IMG/VR virus record: IMGVR_UViG_3300044820_000033
Location: 1 to 39,410 of that record
Origin: a virus
Taxonomy: Duplodnaviria; Caudoviricetes
DNA: 39,410 nucleotides
Reading direction: 5' to 3' (one strand)
In this document: positions 16,993 through 26,700 of the stretch, piece by piece
Layout: each line of letters opens with the position of its first letter
Numbering within the stretch: position 1 is the stretch's first letter
Translations under genes and position numbers: made by a program
The notes under the pieces: model-generated
Databases searched by the model: none
The model's input: the letters and a program-made list of their open reading frames with translations, nothing else
What the model was told of the DNA's origin: nothing

Positions 16993-18522
16993 AGGCGCAA
17001 CGTGGAATTGACACGCTGGAATTTTTGGAATCGGCTTAAGACCTGGCACGCAGGAAGGACGGCGGAAGAGGCCCCGGTGTCTCATCTCGACATGTTCCTT
17101 CGTCTGCGTCCGTGGCAGCGTGTTTTGTGCATTGTTGGCTGTGCAAGTGTGTACACTCTTGCAGTGCAATCCACCTTTTCGGCGAACGTCGCGCCGCACT
17201 TCGTCGGGATCGTTGACCGTGACGGCCACTTCAATGTTCATGAATTTGTGGAGACGCTAAAGCTTAGCGCTTCCGTTGTGCTGCTCACGTTGTCGACCAT
17301 ACTTTTCGCGCAGGCCCGAAGCGCCACGGCGAAAATCGGCGTCGCCGCGATGAGCGTTTTCATCTTTTACACGACGCTGAACAATGCCTGTTTCATGCAG
17401 AAGCAGGCCCGCGAGGTGCGCAACGACGCTCCGAGGCAGAAGGCCGACCGCATCGCGCGGCTTGAGGCGGAAATCAAAAACGGCGAAACGGCCTACAAGC
17501 AAGTCCCGGCCCATGATTACGTTCTGGCTTCGACGGTGAAGTCTGCGGAGGCGGTGCTTGAGGGCTTGCGGAAGAGCGCGACCGAAGAATGCGGCACTGA
17601 CATCATGAAGATGAAGCTTAGTCGCGGCCCGAAGTGCGAGGGACTAGAGAAGAAGCGCGACGCCAAGGCCGAAGAAGTCGAGAAGCTTCAACACAATGCC
17701 GACCTGACGCAGCGCGCCACAGACATTGAAGTCGCCCTCGACCAGCTTCGGCGCGACCGCAAGGCGGAAGGAGCGACACCGGAGACGACAGGCACGGAGA
17801 TGGAGCCCATTCCTGCGCTTATGGCCGCCGTTGGCTTTATTTCGGTCGAGAAGGCGCAGGCATTGACTGAGTTCAAACCCAGCACCGACGCAATCACGAT
17901 GGAGCTTATGGCCATCTTTGGAGCGCCAGCCGGGATCCTGCTTGTCTTCAATCTGTTCGGCCTTCTCGTGTGCACCAAGGGCGAGGCGCAGAATCGCATG
18001 ATCAAGGCCCTGGAAGTTGTGACGACCGAGCACGCCGGGACCGTTGTCGCGCCCGTTGGGATCACGCTGACCAGCGTTCCGAGCGCCCCAGAGAATGACG
18101 ACGCCGCAGAACTTGAGGCTGACGACAATTCCCCGGCTGCCGTTCTTGAGATCGAGGAAAAGCTTCCTGCCTTTGTAGAAAACCCAAAGACGGAACTTGA
18201 GGCGGTATCTGCGGCGCTCATCAAAGCGGATCGGAAAAGAAGCCCACGCAAGGCCAGGACGCGCAAGGCCCCGAGTCCCGACAGCGTTCTTCTTTGGTTC
18301 AAGGAGCGCGCATTCAAGCGCGATAACCGCGACACAGCCTCATGTGACGCGATCGTGAATTATAAGACTTGGTGCGAAGATAACGGCCTCGAACCCGTCA
18401 ACGGGACGATATTCGGGAAAACCCTAAAAAACGAATTGAAGATTGAAAAGCGGAAAAACAGCGGTCGAGTAAAGTACCTAAACATGGGACTCGTCCCCGC
18501 TCCGCTCCGAGTTGTTGCGTGA
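16966..18522 (+). CDS. Multi-pass membrane protein with coiled coil and C-terminal winged-helix (D5/P4 primase C-terminal-like) domain
   Basis: Three hydrophobic segments, coiled coil with ECG...GPKC loop, fourth TM, then NYKTWCEDNGLEPVNGTIFGKTL...SGRVKYL; true start may be downstream. Confidence 0.7.
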   Translation: MSVKVNTSKRRNVELTRWNFWNRLKTWHAGRTAEEAPVSHLDMFLRLRPWQRVLCIVGCASVYTLAVQSTFSANVAPHFVGIVDRDGHFNVHEFVETLKLSASVVLLTLSTILFAQARSATAKIGVAAMSVFIFYTTLNNACFMQKQAREVRNDAPRQKADRIARLEAEIKNGETAYKQVPAHDYVLASTVKSAEAVLEGLRKSATEECGTDIMKMKLSRGPKCEGLEKKRDAKAEEVEKLQHNADLTQRATDIEVALDQLRRDRKAEGATPETTGTEMEPIPALMAAVGFISVEKAQALTEFKPSTDAITMELMAIFGAPAGILLVFNLFGLLVCTKGEAQNRMIKALEVVTTEHAGTVVAPVGITLTSVPSAPENDDAAELEADDNSPAAVLEIEEKLPAFVENPKTELEAVSAALIKADRKRSPRKARTRKAPSPDSVLLWFKERAFKRDNRDTASCDAIVNYKTWCEDNGLEPVNGTIFGKTLKNELKIEKRKNSGRVKYLNMGLVPAPLRVVA

Positions 18523-18619
18523 CTCCCTCACACGCAGCATGAAGCGGCAAGGCCGATGGTGGAACACCGGCCTTGCCATGTAACAACCCCGCGAGTGATC
18601 TTAGGAAGGATCGCGAAAT

Positions 18620-19303
18620 ATGTCACAGACTCGATATATAGCTGATTTGCTCAAAACCACGAAATCAGGCTATTGCGGCATCCCCGACTACGTTGAAAAG
18701 TTGGCCCTTGCCGACGAACACAAAGACTCCCCCTATCGCACACGAAAAGCCGTCATCGACGGAGACTTCGATCAAATTTGCGGCGACATACGGGAGCGCT
18801 TCCTTGGCACGCTTGGAAAGTTCCGAGCCTTGGCCGTTCTTTCCAAGAACATTCCCTTGTCCCATTCGAAGACCGTCGAAGAAGCAAGGAGGTCGCTTCA
18901 AAAGCTCTATTCCCGAGCGCGTGGCGATTTCGAATTTCTCGACGATCAGTGCAGCTTTCACGCGCAGGGCGACGGGCTTGAAGTGATTTGCGAGCGCGCG
19001 ATTGCATGGTTCACAAAACGAATCGACTACGGCGCGGACATTATCCAGAAGATAGACGACATGAAGCAACCGCTTTCGGCGGGCGTGGAGTCCGTCTTCA
19101 TCTTCAAGCAAGCGGTTCGGCCCATCCTTATGAATGCCGTCAAAGATTATATTATGCTCGTCGAGCAGTATGAATCTTGGCTTTCCGAGGTCGCATTCGC
19201 CAGGGAGAACAGCATCCCGGATCTGACGGTGATCCGGTGGGCCGACCAGGGCTTTGATGTTCAGTCGCGCGGCAGCGAAAAGCCTCTTCTTATGGCCGCG
19301 TAA
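18620..19303 (+). CDS. Hypothetical helical protein
   Basis: 227 aa, AGGAAGGA RBS; no family recognised. Confidence 0.7.
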   Translation: MSQTRYIADLLKTTKSGYCGIPDYVEKLALADEHKDSPYRTRKAVIDGDFDQICGDIRERFLGTLGKFRALAVLSKNIPLSHSKTVEEARRSLQKLYSRARGDFEFLDDQCSFHAQGDGLEVICERAIAWFTKRIDYGADIIQKIDDMKQPLSAGVESVFIFKQAVRPILMNAVKDYIMLVEQYESWLSEVAFARENSIPDLTVIRWADQGFDVQSRGSEKPLLMAA

Positions 19304-19317
19304 GGGCACAAAAAAAG

Positions 19318-19447
19318 GTGATACGGTTCGTGATACAGTTTCGAACCGTATCACCAACTGTATCACCTGAATTGGCCATTTTTGGCGCCAAACACGAACA
19401 GTCGCAAAACCGTCTACGGACAGTCGCAAAACAGTCGCAAAACCGTC
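19318..19447. repeat. Cluster of short direct and inverted repeats
   Basis: GTGATACRGTT twice then AACYGTATCAC twice (19318-19366); TTTGGCGCCAAA (19381-19392); ACAGTCGCAAA three times (19398-19441). Confidence 0.85.
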
Positions 19448-19869
19448 CCTGGAGGCGCGGGAAGCCCTGGTATCCGCCCTGGGCGACGACGATGGCGGAG
19501 GACGAGAGCGCCCCTAGTCGCCGAACCGTCTCATAGCGAATCGCGAGCGCACAAATCGCGCACACTTCCCCACTTACAGACACTAACCGTCTCAATCTTT
19601 CTTGCGCGTAGGCACGTACCCGCACATGCAGGCACACGCCCGCGTCCGTGCGTACATGTACACACGCGCGTAGGTACGCACGCACACGCGCACACCTGCG
19701 AGAGATCGAGGAGGGATGACGAGAAAGAGACACCTATCAAATTTGATAGGGTGAGCATTTTGTGACGTGTTGCATTCACGTCACCACAGGCACCGCGAAC
19801 AGGTTTAAGCGAGTATCTGCAAACGCGGATGAGGTCCGCACATGCAGAACAAAAACAAGGTGCTTACGA

Positions 19870-20895
19870 ATGAAAAACTCAATTAGGCTCGCAACTGTCT
19901 CAGGCTTGTTCCTGTTGGCAGTCCCATTCTCCGCTTATGCGGCGTGCCCCGACGGGCAATTCGAATATTACACCCAAGGGACGGACGCCGACGGCAACGC
20001 GATAGCCGTGCAGCAATGCCGGATCACTGCGAACAGGGGACGCACAGTCGCCGTTACGGGCGATCCGTCCTACCATTTGACGCCCGCGCTCGACGCCGAC
20101 GGAAAACCCATTTCGATTGACGGTCATCCCATCATGGACGGGACCGTCAACGATTGGCGCGCGCATCAGCACGACAATCCGACCGTGTACGGCATCCAAG
20201 GCGTCGCACTCGGGAACGGCGCGAAGGTTGGCGCATGGGCGCCGGGCTCATGCACATCAGGCACGCTCGACGGCGGCGTCTGCAAAGATGCAGACGGAAA
20301 GGCGATCGAGGGCGCATATGTCGAGCCCCATCCTGTGTCGGTCAATTACGGGACCGCAATCGGTGCGGGCGCTTCGGTGCAGCACGATTATTCGACAGCC
20401 ATCGGCGCAAGAGCGACGAGCACGGCGGACCATCAGGTGACGCTTGGCACGAAGGCCGAGACGATCAGCGCCCCCGGCATCACGTCAGACTTGAGCAAGA
20501 GCCGCCAAGTCGGGCCGCTTGAACTTGTGACGACAGATGCAAACGGAAACCTCGCGTCAGACGGCGGCAAGACGTTCCAGACACTTGCAGACCACGGCGC
20601 GGCCATCGACGGCTTGACGCGCTCAGTCGCCGCGCAGGGCGTACAGATCAGCCATCTAAACGACAAAATGAAGGGCGCTTATGCTGGCATCGCGATGGCG
20701 ACTGCCTACGAAGCACCCCAGGTCGACCAGAACCACAAGTTCGGGCTTGCCGTAAATTGGGGCCATTTCGAAGACATGAACGCCCTGTCTGCGGTCGGAA
20801 AGTTTCGCGTAAATGACAATTGGGCCGTGACCGCAGGGTTCGCGACCGCCGACAGCAAGTTCAGTGCGAAGGCAGGCATTCATACTCAGTGGTAA
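19870..20895 (+). CDS. YadA-like trimeric autotransporter adhesin
   Basis: Sec signal (…PFSAYA), head repeats VALGNGA/TAIGAGA/TAIGARA, neck, short coiled stalk, AGIAMATA linker, four-strand anchor ending in Trp. Confidence 0.88.
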   Translation: MKNSIRLATVSGLFLLAVPFSAYAACPDGQFEYYTQGTDADGNAIAVQQCRITANRGRTVAVTGDPSYHLTPALDADGKPISIDGHPIMDGTVNDWRAHQHDNPTVYGIQGVALGNGAKVGAWAPGSCTSGTLDGGVCKDADGKAIEGAYVEPHPVSVNYGTAIGAGASVQHDYSTAIGARATSTADHQVTLGTKAETISAPGITSDLSKSRQVGPLELVTTDANGNLASDGGKTFQTLADHGAAIDGLTRSVAAQGVQISHLNDKMKGAYAGIAMATAYEAPQVDQNHKFGLAVNWGHFEDMNALSAVGKFRVNDNWAVTAGFATADSKFSAKAGIHTQW

Positions 20896-20912
20896 GCACC
20901 TGAGAAACGAAG

Positions 20913-20947
20913 AAAGGGCGGCCGGGATCTCCGAGCCGCCTTTTTTT
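20913..20947 (+). terminator. Rho-independent terminator between convergent genes
   Basis: GGCGGC...GCCGCC stem followed by T7, A-rich on the other side. Confidence 0.8.
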
Positions 20948-21003
20948 ATGCCTTGGTGTCTGGTGTGTGGCCCATTGTATACCACAAAAAGGAATCGGGG
21001 GTT

Positions 21004-21423
21004 TTACTGCAAAACTCTCTCTCGTGTCTGCGGTCGTTGACCTCGTTCAGCCTGAGAAGCCGCTGGCGCGGGCGACGCCGGCACAAGAACCCGATCCAGC
21101 AGCCTCTCAAGCTTGCGGTCTACCGTGTCGAGTTGTCGTTCGTTTGCTCGGCTTGTTTCCGAGAGCCTGACAACAGTCTCGCCAAGGGTCCGCAATTCTT
21201 TGGACGCCGCCGTTAGCTCGATTTTGACCTCGTGCATGTCCGTTTCTTTCGCGGGAACCGAGAGCCAGCCATTCACGACAAGACCGCCGAGAAGGTGCGT
21301 AAAGCCGGAAATGAGAACGACGGCAACAATCCATCCGAGTCGAATCCGATGTGATAATTCGTAGAGAGCAGGAAAGTAATTCTTGTCGTGCCCATTCGGC
21401 GCGGCGTAGGTATCAGATGCCAT
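21004..21423 (-). CDS. Single-TM protein with coiled coil (lysis-module-like position)
   Basis: IVAVVLISGFTHLLGGLVV hydrophobic segment then heptads; GGAG RBS before ATG 21423. Confidence 0.6.
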   Translation of the reverse strand: MASDTYAAPNGHDKNYFPALYELSHRIRLGWIVAVVLISGFTHLLGGLVVNGWLSVPAKETDMHEVKIELTAASKELRTLGETVVRLSETSRANERQLDTVDRKLERLLDRVLVPASPAPAASQAERGQRPQTRERVLQ

Positions 21424-21514
21424 TTGCGGGTTGTCTCCGTGAGTGGCGGCATGTGGCGGGCTGCGGTGGCTGCCGCAGTCCGCTTTGTTACGTTTTAACA
21501 TGGGGAAACCCCGA

Positions 21515-22093
21515 CTAGAGTGAGACGCCTTGACCGGCGAGATATCGCTTCGCCAGCCTCGCCTTGTTCGCCGGCAGCACGTCGAAAATGAGTTTGGAGA
21601 GTTGCGGCGGGAAAAGCGTACATTGAGCGACGAGCCAATCGAGCGCCCAATCAGGATCGAACTTCTTGATTTTGATATCCTCGACCACCTTCGAGACAAA
21701 CGAGGCGCATGTGTCCGCGTCGGTGATGTTCTCGTCGGTCCATGTGTAGCCGCCGCAATCGCCGGGCTTGAAGGAATGGTTTCCCCGCGCAGCCATCAAT
21801 TGCACCGTTCGGCCCTTGCTAATCTCTAGGACGGTCGCGGCTGGGGTTTCGAATGAGTAAGGTTCTGCGCTGTCATTCCAGGCAGGGACGAACTGCAATC
21901 TGTGCTGATTGTTGAACTCGTCGTCTGTCTGGTGGAAGCCTCTTTCGTGGCTATGCCGCCAAGTATGGTCGACGCGCACACCAGCAGGAAGCGGGACGAG
22001 ACTATGCCCCGCATATGGCTTATCTGTTGTCGGATCTGCGATGATTACGCTGACGACTTGACCGTCTGCGTCGATGATTGCGCAATTTGACAT
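21515..22093 (-). CDS. Hypothetical protein, possible tail fibre assembly protein
   Basis: MSNCAIIDADGQVVSVIIAD N-terminus typical of genes following Gly-rich fibre proteins; strong RBS. Confidence 0.55.
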   Translation of the reverse strand: MSNCAIIDADGQVVSVIIADPTTDKPYAGHSLVPLPAGVRVDHTWRHSHERGFHQTDDEFNNQHRLQFVPAWNDSAEPYSFETPAATVLEISKGRTVQLMAARGNHSFKPGDCGGYTWTDENITDADTCASFVSKVVEDIKIKKFDPDWALDWLVAQCTLFPPQLSKLIFDVLPANKARLAKRYLAGQGVSL

Positions 22094-22102
22094 GGTTCCC
22101 TC

Positions 22103-22969
22103 CTATGCGGCGATAAGCATTGCAGGGGCACCATTAAATGGCGTGTAAAAGAGCCAGATCACGCCCTGAACGCCGTTTCCAGAGGCTGAGCTTGAAGTTC
22201 TGTATGCACCAGACCCGCCCGAGCCGCCCCATCCGGTCGCACTACCTCCCGTCCCCAATGTTCCGTTATTTTGGGCAGCGCCGCCTCCGCCGCCGCCTAC
22301 ACCTGATCCAGAAGCAAAACAGTTGTCGACGCCGCCATTTCCTCCGTTAATCGGATACAAAGAAAATCCTGCCGTACCACCCGCAGCATTTCCCCCGTCC
22401 CCGGTTCCCCCGGCCCCGCCATATACGGAATTCCCTGCGCCGCCACCCGCTCCCACGCCGAAAGGTCCACCGGAGCCACCACCGCCGCCACCATGAATAT
22501 AACTTCCCGCTCCGCCGCCACCTGCTCCGTTGCCTCCTGCGTTGCCATATTGCCCGGTTCCAGTAGAACCGCCCGAACCAAAAGAGTTTGTTCCGGCCGC
22601 ACCGCCCCCCTTAGCGGCAACCGCAACCGTTGCGCCAACAGCCGCAGCATTTGCCAAGGAAGTCGCATTAAACCAAGTGTCGCCAGCAGCAGAAGCGCTG
22701 TCGCCCCCGGACCCAGCCCCGACGCCAATGTTGACGGTTGTGTCATGGGCGATGTTCATATTGTAGGACCAGATTGCGGCCCCGCCGCCACCACCGCCAC
22801 CGTTAGCATTCCCCTTTGTGCTCGTTGGATGATAGCCGCCACTACCGCCACCAATGCAGACGATCATATTGTTCTTGGGATTCCAGTCGTGCGGCAGCGT
22901 GTAAGTCGTCCCCGACGTGATGCTGACGGCTTTGGAATAAGAGCCGGGATAAATCGGATAAGTGGTCAT
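22103..22969 (-). CDS. Glycine-rich tail fibre tip / receptor-binding protein
   Basis: CIGGGSGG, many polyglycine runs, terminal GNGVQGVIWLFY. Confidence 0.7.
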   Translation of the reverse strand: MTTYPIYPGSYSKAVSITSGTTYTLPHDWNPKNNMIVCIGGGSGGYHPTSTKGNANGGGGGGGAAIWSYNMNIAHDTTVNIGVGAGSGGDSASAAGDTWFNATSLANAAAVGATVAVAAKGGGAAGTNSFGSGGSTGTGQYGNAGGNGAGGGGAGSYIHGGGGGGSGGPFGVGAGGGAGNSVYGGAGGTGDGGNAAGGTAGFSLYPINGGNGGVDNCFASGSGVGGGGGGAAQNNGTLGTGGSATGWGGSGGSGAYRTSSSASGNGVQGVIWLFYTPFNGAPAMLIAA

Positions 22970-22973
22970 CGGC

Positions 22974-23759
22974 CTAGCTCATATTCTGCGCGGCGATATA
23001 TCCGCGGAACGTCGAGCCGCCATCGGATGACGCGAGAACGATCGTGTCTCTTCCGCTTGAGGTTAGAGTCGGAGCCGCGCCGAACGTCCACCGCGTTGTT
23101 CCTGGCCATCCGGTCATTGTGTAAGCGCCGCTGCTTGAAATATTCAGGGTAAGCACGCCAAGCGCACCAGCCGCAGGCCAATTCGACACGCTAACGCTTG
23201 TCACGCTGGCGTTCAGCGTCACGTCAACCGTCATCCCGCTCGCGCAGTTCACCGCGAGAGAGGACGAGCCAACCGTGATGGATTGCGCTGTTTTCGCCAG
23301 GATCGAAGCGCTAACCGGAGCGCTCGACAAAAGCGGATAAACGCCCGACAAAATCGATTGCAGATAGGCCGAAGTTAGCCCGACGCCTGAGCGCGCTCCA
23401 TTTGTGGAGTCGAATATAACCGGAGTGCAAACGCCCTGCGGCAGCGTGTAAGTCGACCCGACACCGTTCGTGATCGTGAGATTGTAGGCCCCGCTTGTCG
23501 AGTTCTCGATGAATTGGAAGCCTTGACACGCGGTTGTTAGCTGGACGTTCCCGAGAAGCGTTCCTGTCACGCGCAGGAGAGCAACGCCCGCCTGTGTCGC
23601 GTTAAGCGTGACGTTCACGTTCGACACTGCAAGCGAGGCATAACCGCCGAGCGCCGAATCAAAGATCGGGAAAGTCGTGGTGTTGAATAGACCGCCCCAA
23701 ACGCCGCTGTCACCGGCTACCGTTGGAAGGTAGGCCGATTTGTAGACCGTGTACGCCAT
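22974..23759 (-). CDS. Putative tail fibre protein
   Basis: GDSGVWG N-terminal motif, S/T-rich beta strands, C-terminal WP...W...APTLT...DTI domain. Confidence 0.65.
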   Translation of the reverse strand: MAYTVYKSAYLPTVAGDSGVWGGLFNTTTFPIFDSALGGYASLAVSNVNVTLNATQAGVALLRVTGTLLGNVQLTTACQGFQFIENSTSGAYNLTITNGVGSTYTLPQGVCTPVIFDSTNGARSGVGLTSAYLQSILSGVYPLLSSAPVSASILAKTAQSITVGSSSLAVNCASGMTVDVTLNASVTSVSVSNWPAAGALGVLTLNISSSGAYTMTGWPGTTRWTFGAAPTLTSSGRDTIVLASSDGGSTFRGYIAAQNMS

Positions 23760-23763
23760 CGAA

Positions 23764-26700
23764 TTAGTTCCTGTTTGAGATGAGTTGCGCGCGGGCCGCT
23801 ACGTTTGGCGCGTACCGCTGCAAAAGGGTTCTGAGCGCCGGATTAGGCTCAACAGCCGACGAGATGCCGCCAGGAAGCGGCTTCCTTAGTGGGCGAGGCT
23901 TTGGCGGCAGGCGCGGCATTGCCGCCTGTGGGGCCGCCTGTGGCTGTTCTGGGGCTATTTGCGCGGCAGGCTTTCCAGGCTCGTCGAATTGAGGAGCTTC
24001 GCCGTCTTTGAAGGCCGAGCGCCGTGCTGACGTTAGAACGTCAGCCGAGGTTGTGCTGTCAGGGAAAAGGGCCGACTCCTTGTGCTTTGCCGCCTCTTCG
24101 GCATAGGCATCGATCACCGTCTTGATATTCTGGCGGCTTAGCTGTCGGCTGAGGTCGTCGTTATAGAGCGCACGAACCCAATTCTCGGCCCCCTTGTCGA
24201 GTGATCCGCCGAAGGCATCGGTTTGGGCGAAATAGTCGCGAGGCGTCAGGCCGCGAGAGCGCAGATCGGCGATAAATTTCACCGCGCTTTGCAAATCGCG
24301 CGAAGGATCGAGTGAGCCCATCACCTCGCCGGCATCAATGCCGCGACGCAGGCCCGCGATCTTGGGAGCAACATCGACAAGCGCCCCGGTGATGCCCCGA
24401 ACGTTGTCGTCGGTGCTTTCCAGCAGGCGAGACAACAGCGGCGCGTCATCATAGGCCGAACCGAGAAGGGCCGCCTTCATGCGATTAACGCCTTCCTGCG
24501 TAAGAATGCCGTTCTTGGAGATCGAAGGCATTTCGGCAGGGGAGACGGCCCGCCCAATGAACGACCGCACGAAAGCGGCATTCGCGGGAGAGTCGAAGTC
24601 GCCGCCCTGGTAGAGATTGACGTCGTCGCCGAGCGCCTTTGCATCCCGGCTGGCGCGCTCCGTTGCGCTCATTGTGTCAGTTCTTGACCGGTTCGAGAGA
24701 TCAGCGAAGCGTTGCGCCGCGTCCGGTTCCATCGCGCCCGTCTTCATGACGAGAACGGGTTCTTTCATGTTCGCCGCGGAAGGCCCGAGGCTCGCCCGGT
24801 AAGCGTCAGCCTGCGCCTTGAACGCCGGGTTCCGGTACGCCTCAGAAATTGAGATCGTGCGACCGTTTCCGGAAAGGATGGTTCCGTCAGGCGTCACGAT
24901 AGGAGCACCGCTGTCGGAGACGCGCCCCGGCTGCAATTGCTGCGGATCGAGCCGAGAAGCACGGTCGCGAGCGCCTTGGACATATTCCGCCCGATTGCGA
25001 TCACGCGGTTGCAGATCGCCAGAAGCATATTTGAGATCGCCGAGTTCAACGATTTTCGGCTCTGCCGGGATCTCCATCGATCCGTCTGGCGTGACAATGC
25101 GGGAAGGCGTCGAGGGCGAGGACGCGGGAACATAGTCCTGTCCAAGCTTAGCGGCCAACCCTTCAGCGCCCGCATCGGCAGGCATAGAGGCGCCGCGAAT
25201 CACCGAAGCGGCGTTCTTTTGACCTGCGTCAGATGGTGCGTACATATCGAGAACGCGACGAAGCGCGGGCGATATGTCGGGCCGGGACGTTAGGGCCGCG
25301 CGCATGACGCGCTGGCCGATGGGATTGTATAGCCCCGCAATGACGGCGGCAGGGACCAGCGCGCCGGGACCGATCAGGCTATAGGCGCCATAGTGCCCGA
25401 TGCCGTGCGTCATAAGCCCCATAAGGGCCGCGCGTTCTGGCGTTCCGCTGTCTGGAACTTTCGAGGGTAGGATTTCTTTTCCGGCTTCGGCGAGGTCTTG
25501 CATCAGGGCTTGGCCCCTTGCATTCGTTCCAGCCGTTTCGCCCTTGACCGCAGCGCGATTCAACTGCGTCGGGCTGAATTGTCCCGCTACGTTACCGGCG
25601 CGGCCAGCCGCGTCGCGGATCTTCACATAGTTCGCCCAGGCTTCGTTTGCCTTTTGGAGCTCGTCCGCATAACCGGGATTTTGGCGAATAAGAGCGTCGG
25701 AAATAGCGGTTCGCACGTCGCCGAGCGCCTGCCCGAGTTTCCGGCTGTCGAAGCTTGGGTCGCCGCGATAGCCGCGGATTTCGTTCCCAAGTTCCGACGT
25801 GATGCCTTGAACGACTTCGCCGGGAGCAATCCCGCCATTCTGCGCAAGCTTGTCGCTGATTTGCGCCTTGATGGTGTTCTGGAGTTGCTTTTGCTGCCCT
25901 TCGCCGAGTGTTTGGCCCGCCGCGTGCGTGACTTGCCCGAGATCGTGCGCAAGATCGGGATCGATCGAAAGGCTGATATTCGGATGGACTTTCTGATAAG
26001 CGCTCGAGATTTTATCCTCGACGTGCTCAATCAGATCGTGACCAGGCGCAACGCCAGGCGCGACCTTCTCGCCGATAGGGGCGAGCGCTCGATTTGCGGC
26101 CGCAACGTTGAAATCTCCCATCGCTTGCGCGCGAGCGTCTCGCACCATGCCGCCGACGAAGGGGAAGCTTTGCGCAACATCCTCGACGCGCTTCAGCATC
26201 GGGACGATTTGCCCAGGAGTAAGACGAACCCCCTCATCGAGCAGTTTGCGCGCCGATGCGTTGACTGTCGGGCTTATGACCGCGCCGACGGCGTTCGCGG
26301 CGGGAGCGAGAGCCCCGCCTGTGATCGCCCCGACGCCCGTCTGTGTCAGCTTAGCGTCGCCGTAGTCTTTCGCGGCGTCACCTGTTACCGGTGCCGCAGC
26401 GCCGATACCAGCGCCCGCGACAGTGCCTTTCGCAAGGTTCGCGCCCCAGCCACTACCTTCGAGAACACGCCCCGCCCAAGGAAGAGCACGCGCAGCGCCC
26501 ACAGCGCCCTCGCCAGCGGCCCAATTGATCGGAGAGGCTACTTGCCCCGCCACGTTCCACCAGTCCGTGCTGTCGTCCTTTACGCCCGCGTGACGAGCTA
26601 AATCTCGGCCTTCGTCCTCCATAGTTTGCGCGCGACGGTCCGCGCCCTTAGCCCATGGCCCCGCCGTTTCAGGCATCGCCCAGGCCGCGCCATGCGCCGC

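Noticed and set aside
19733-19750. Hairpin telomere resolution site (N15-like linear plasmid)
   Set aside because: Palindrome is only 18 bp and no protelomerase gene is visible
19290-19779. Short ORFs across the repeat spacer
   Set aside because: Low-complexity translations of repeats on both strands with no convincing RBS
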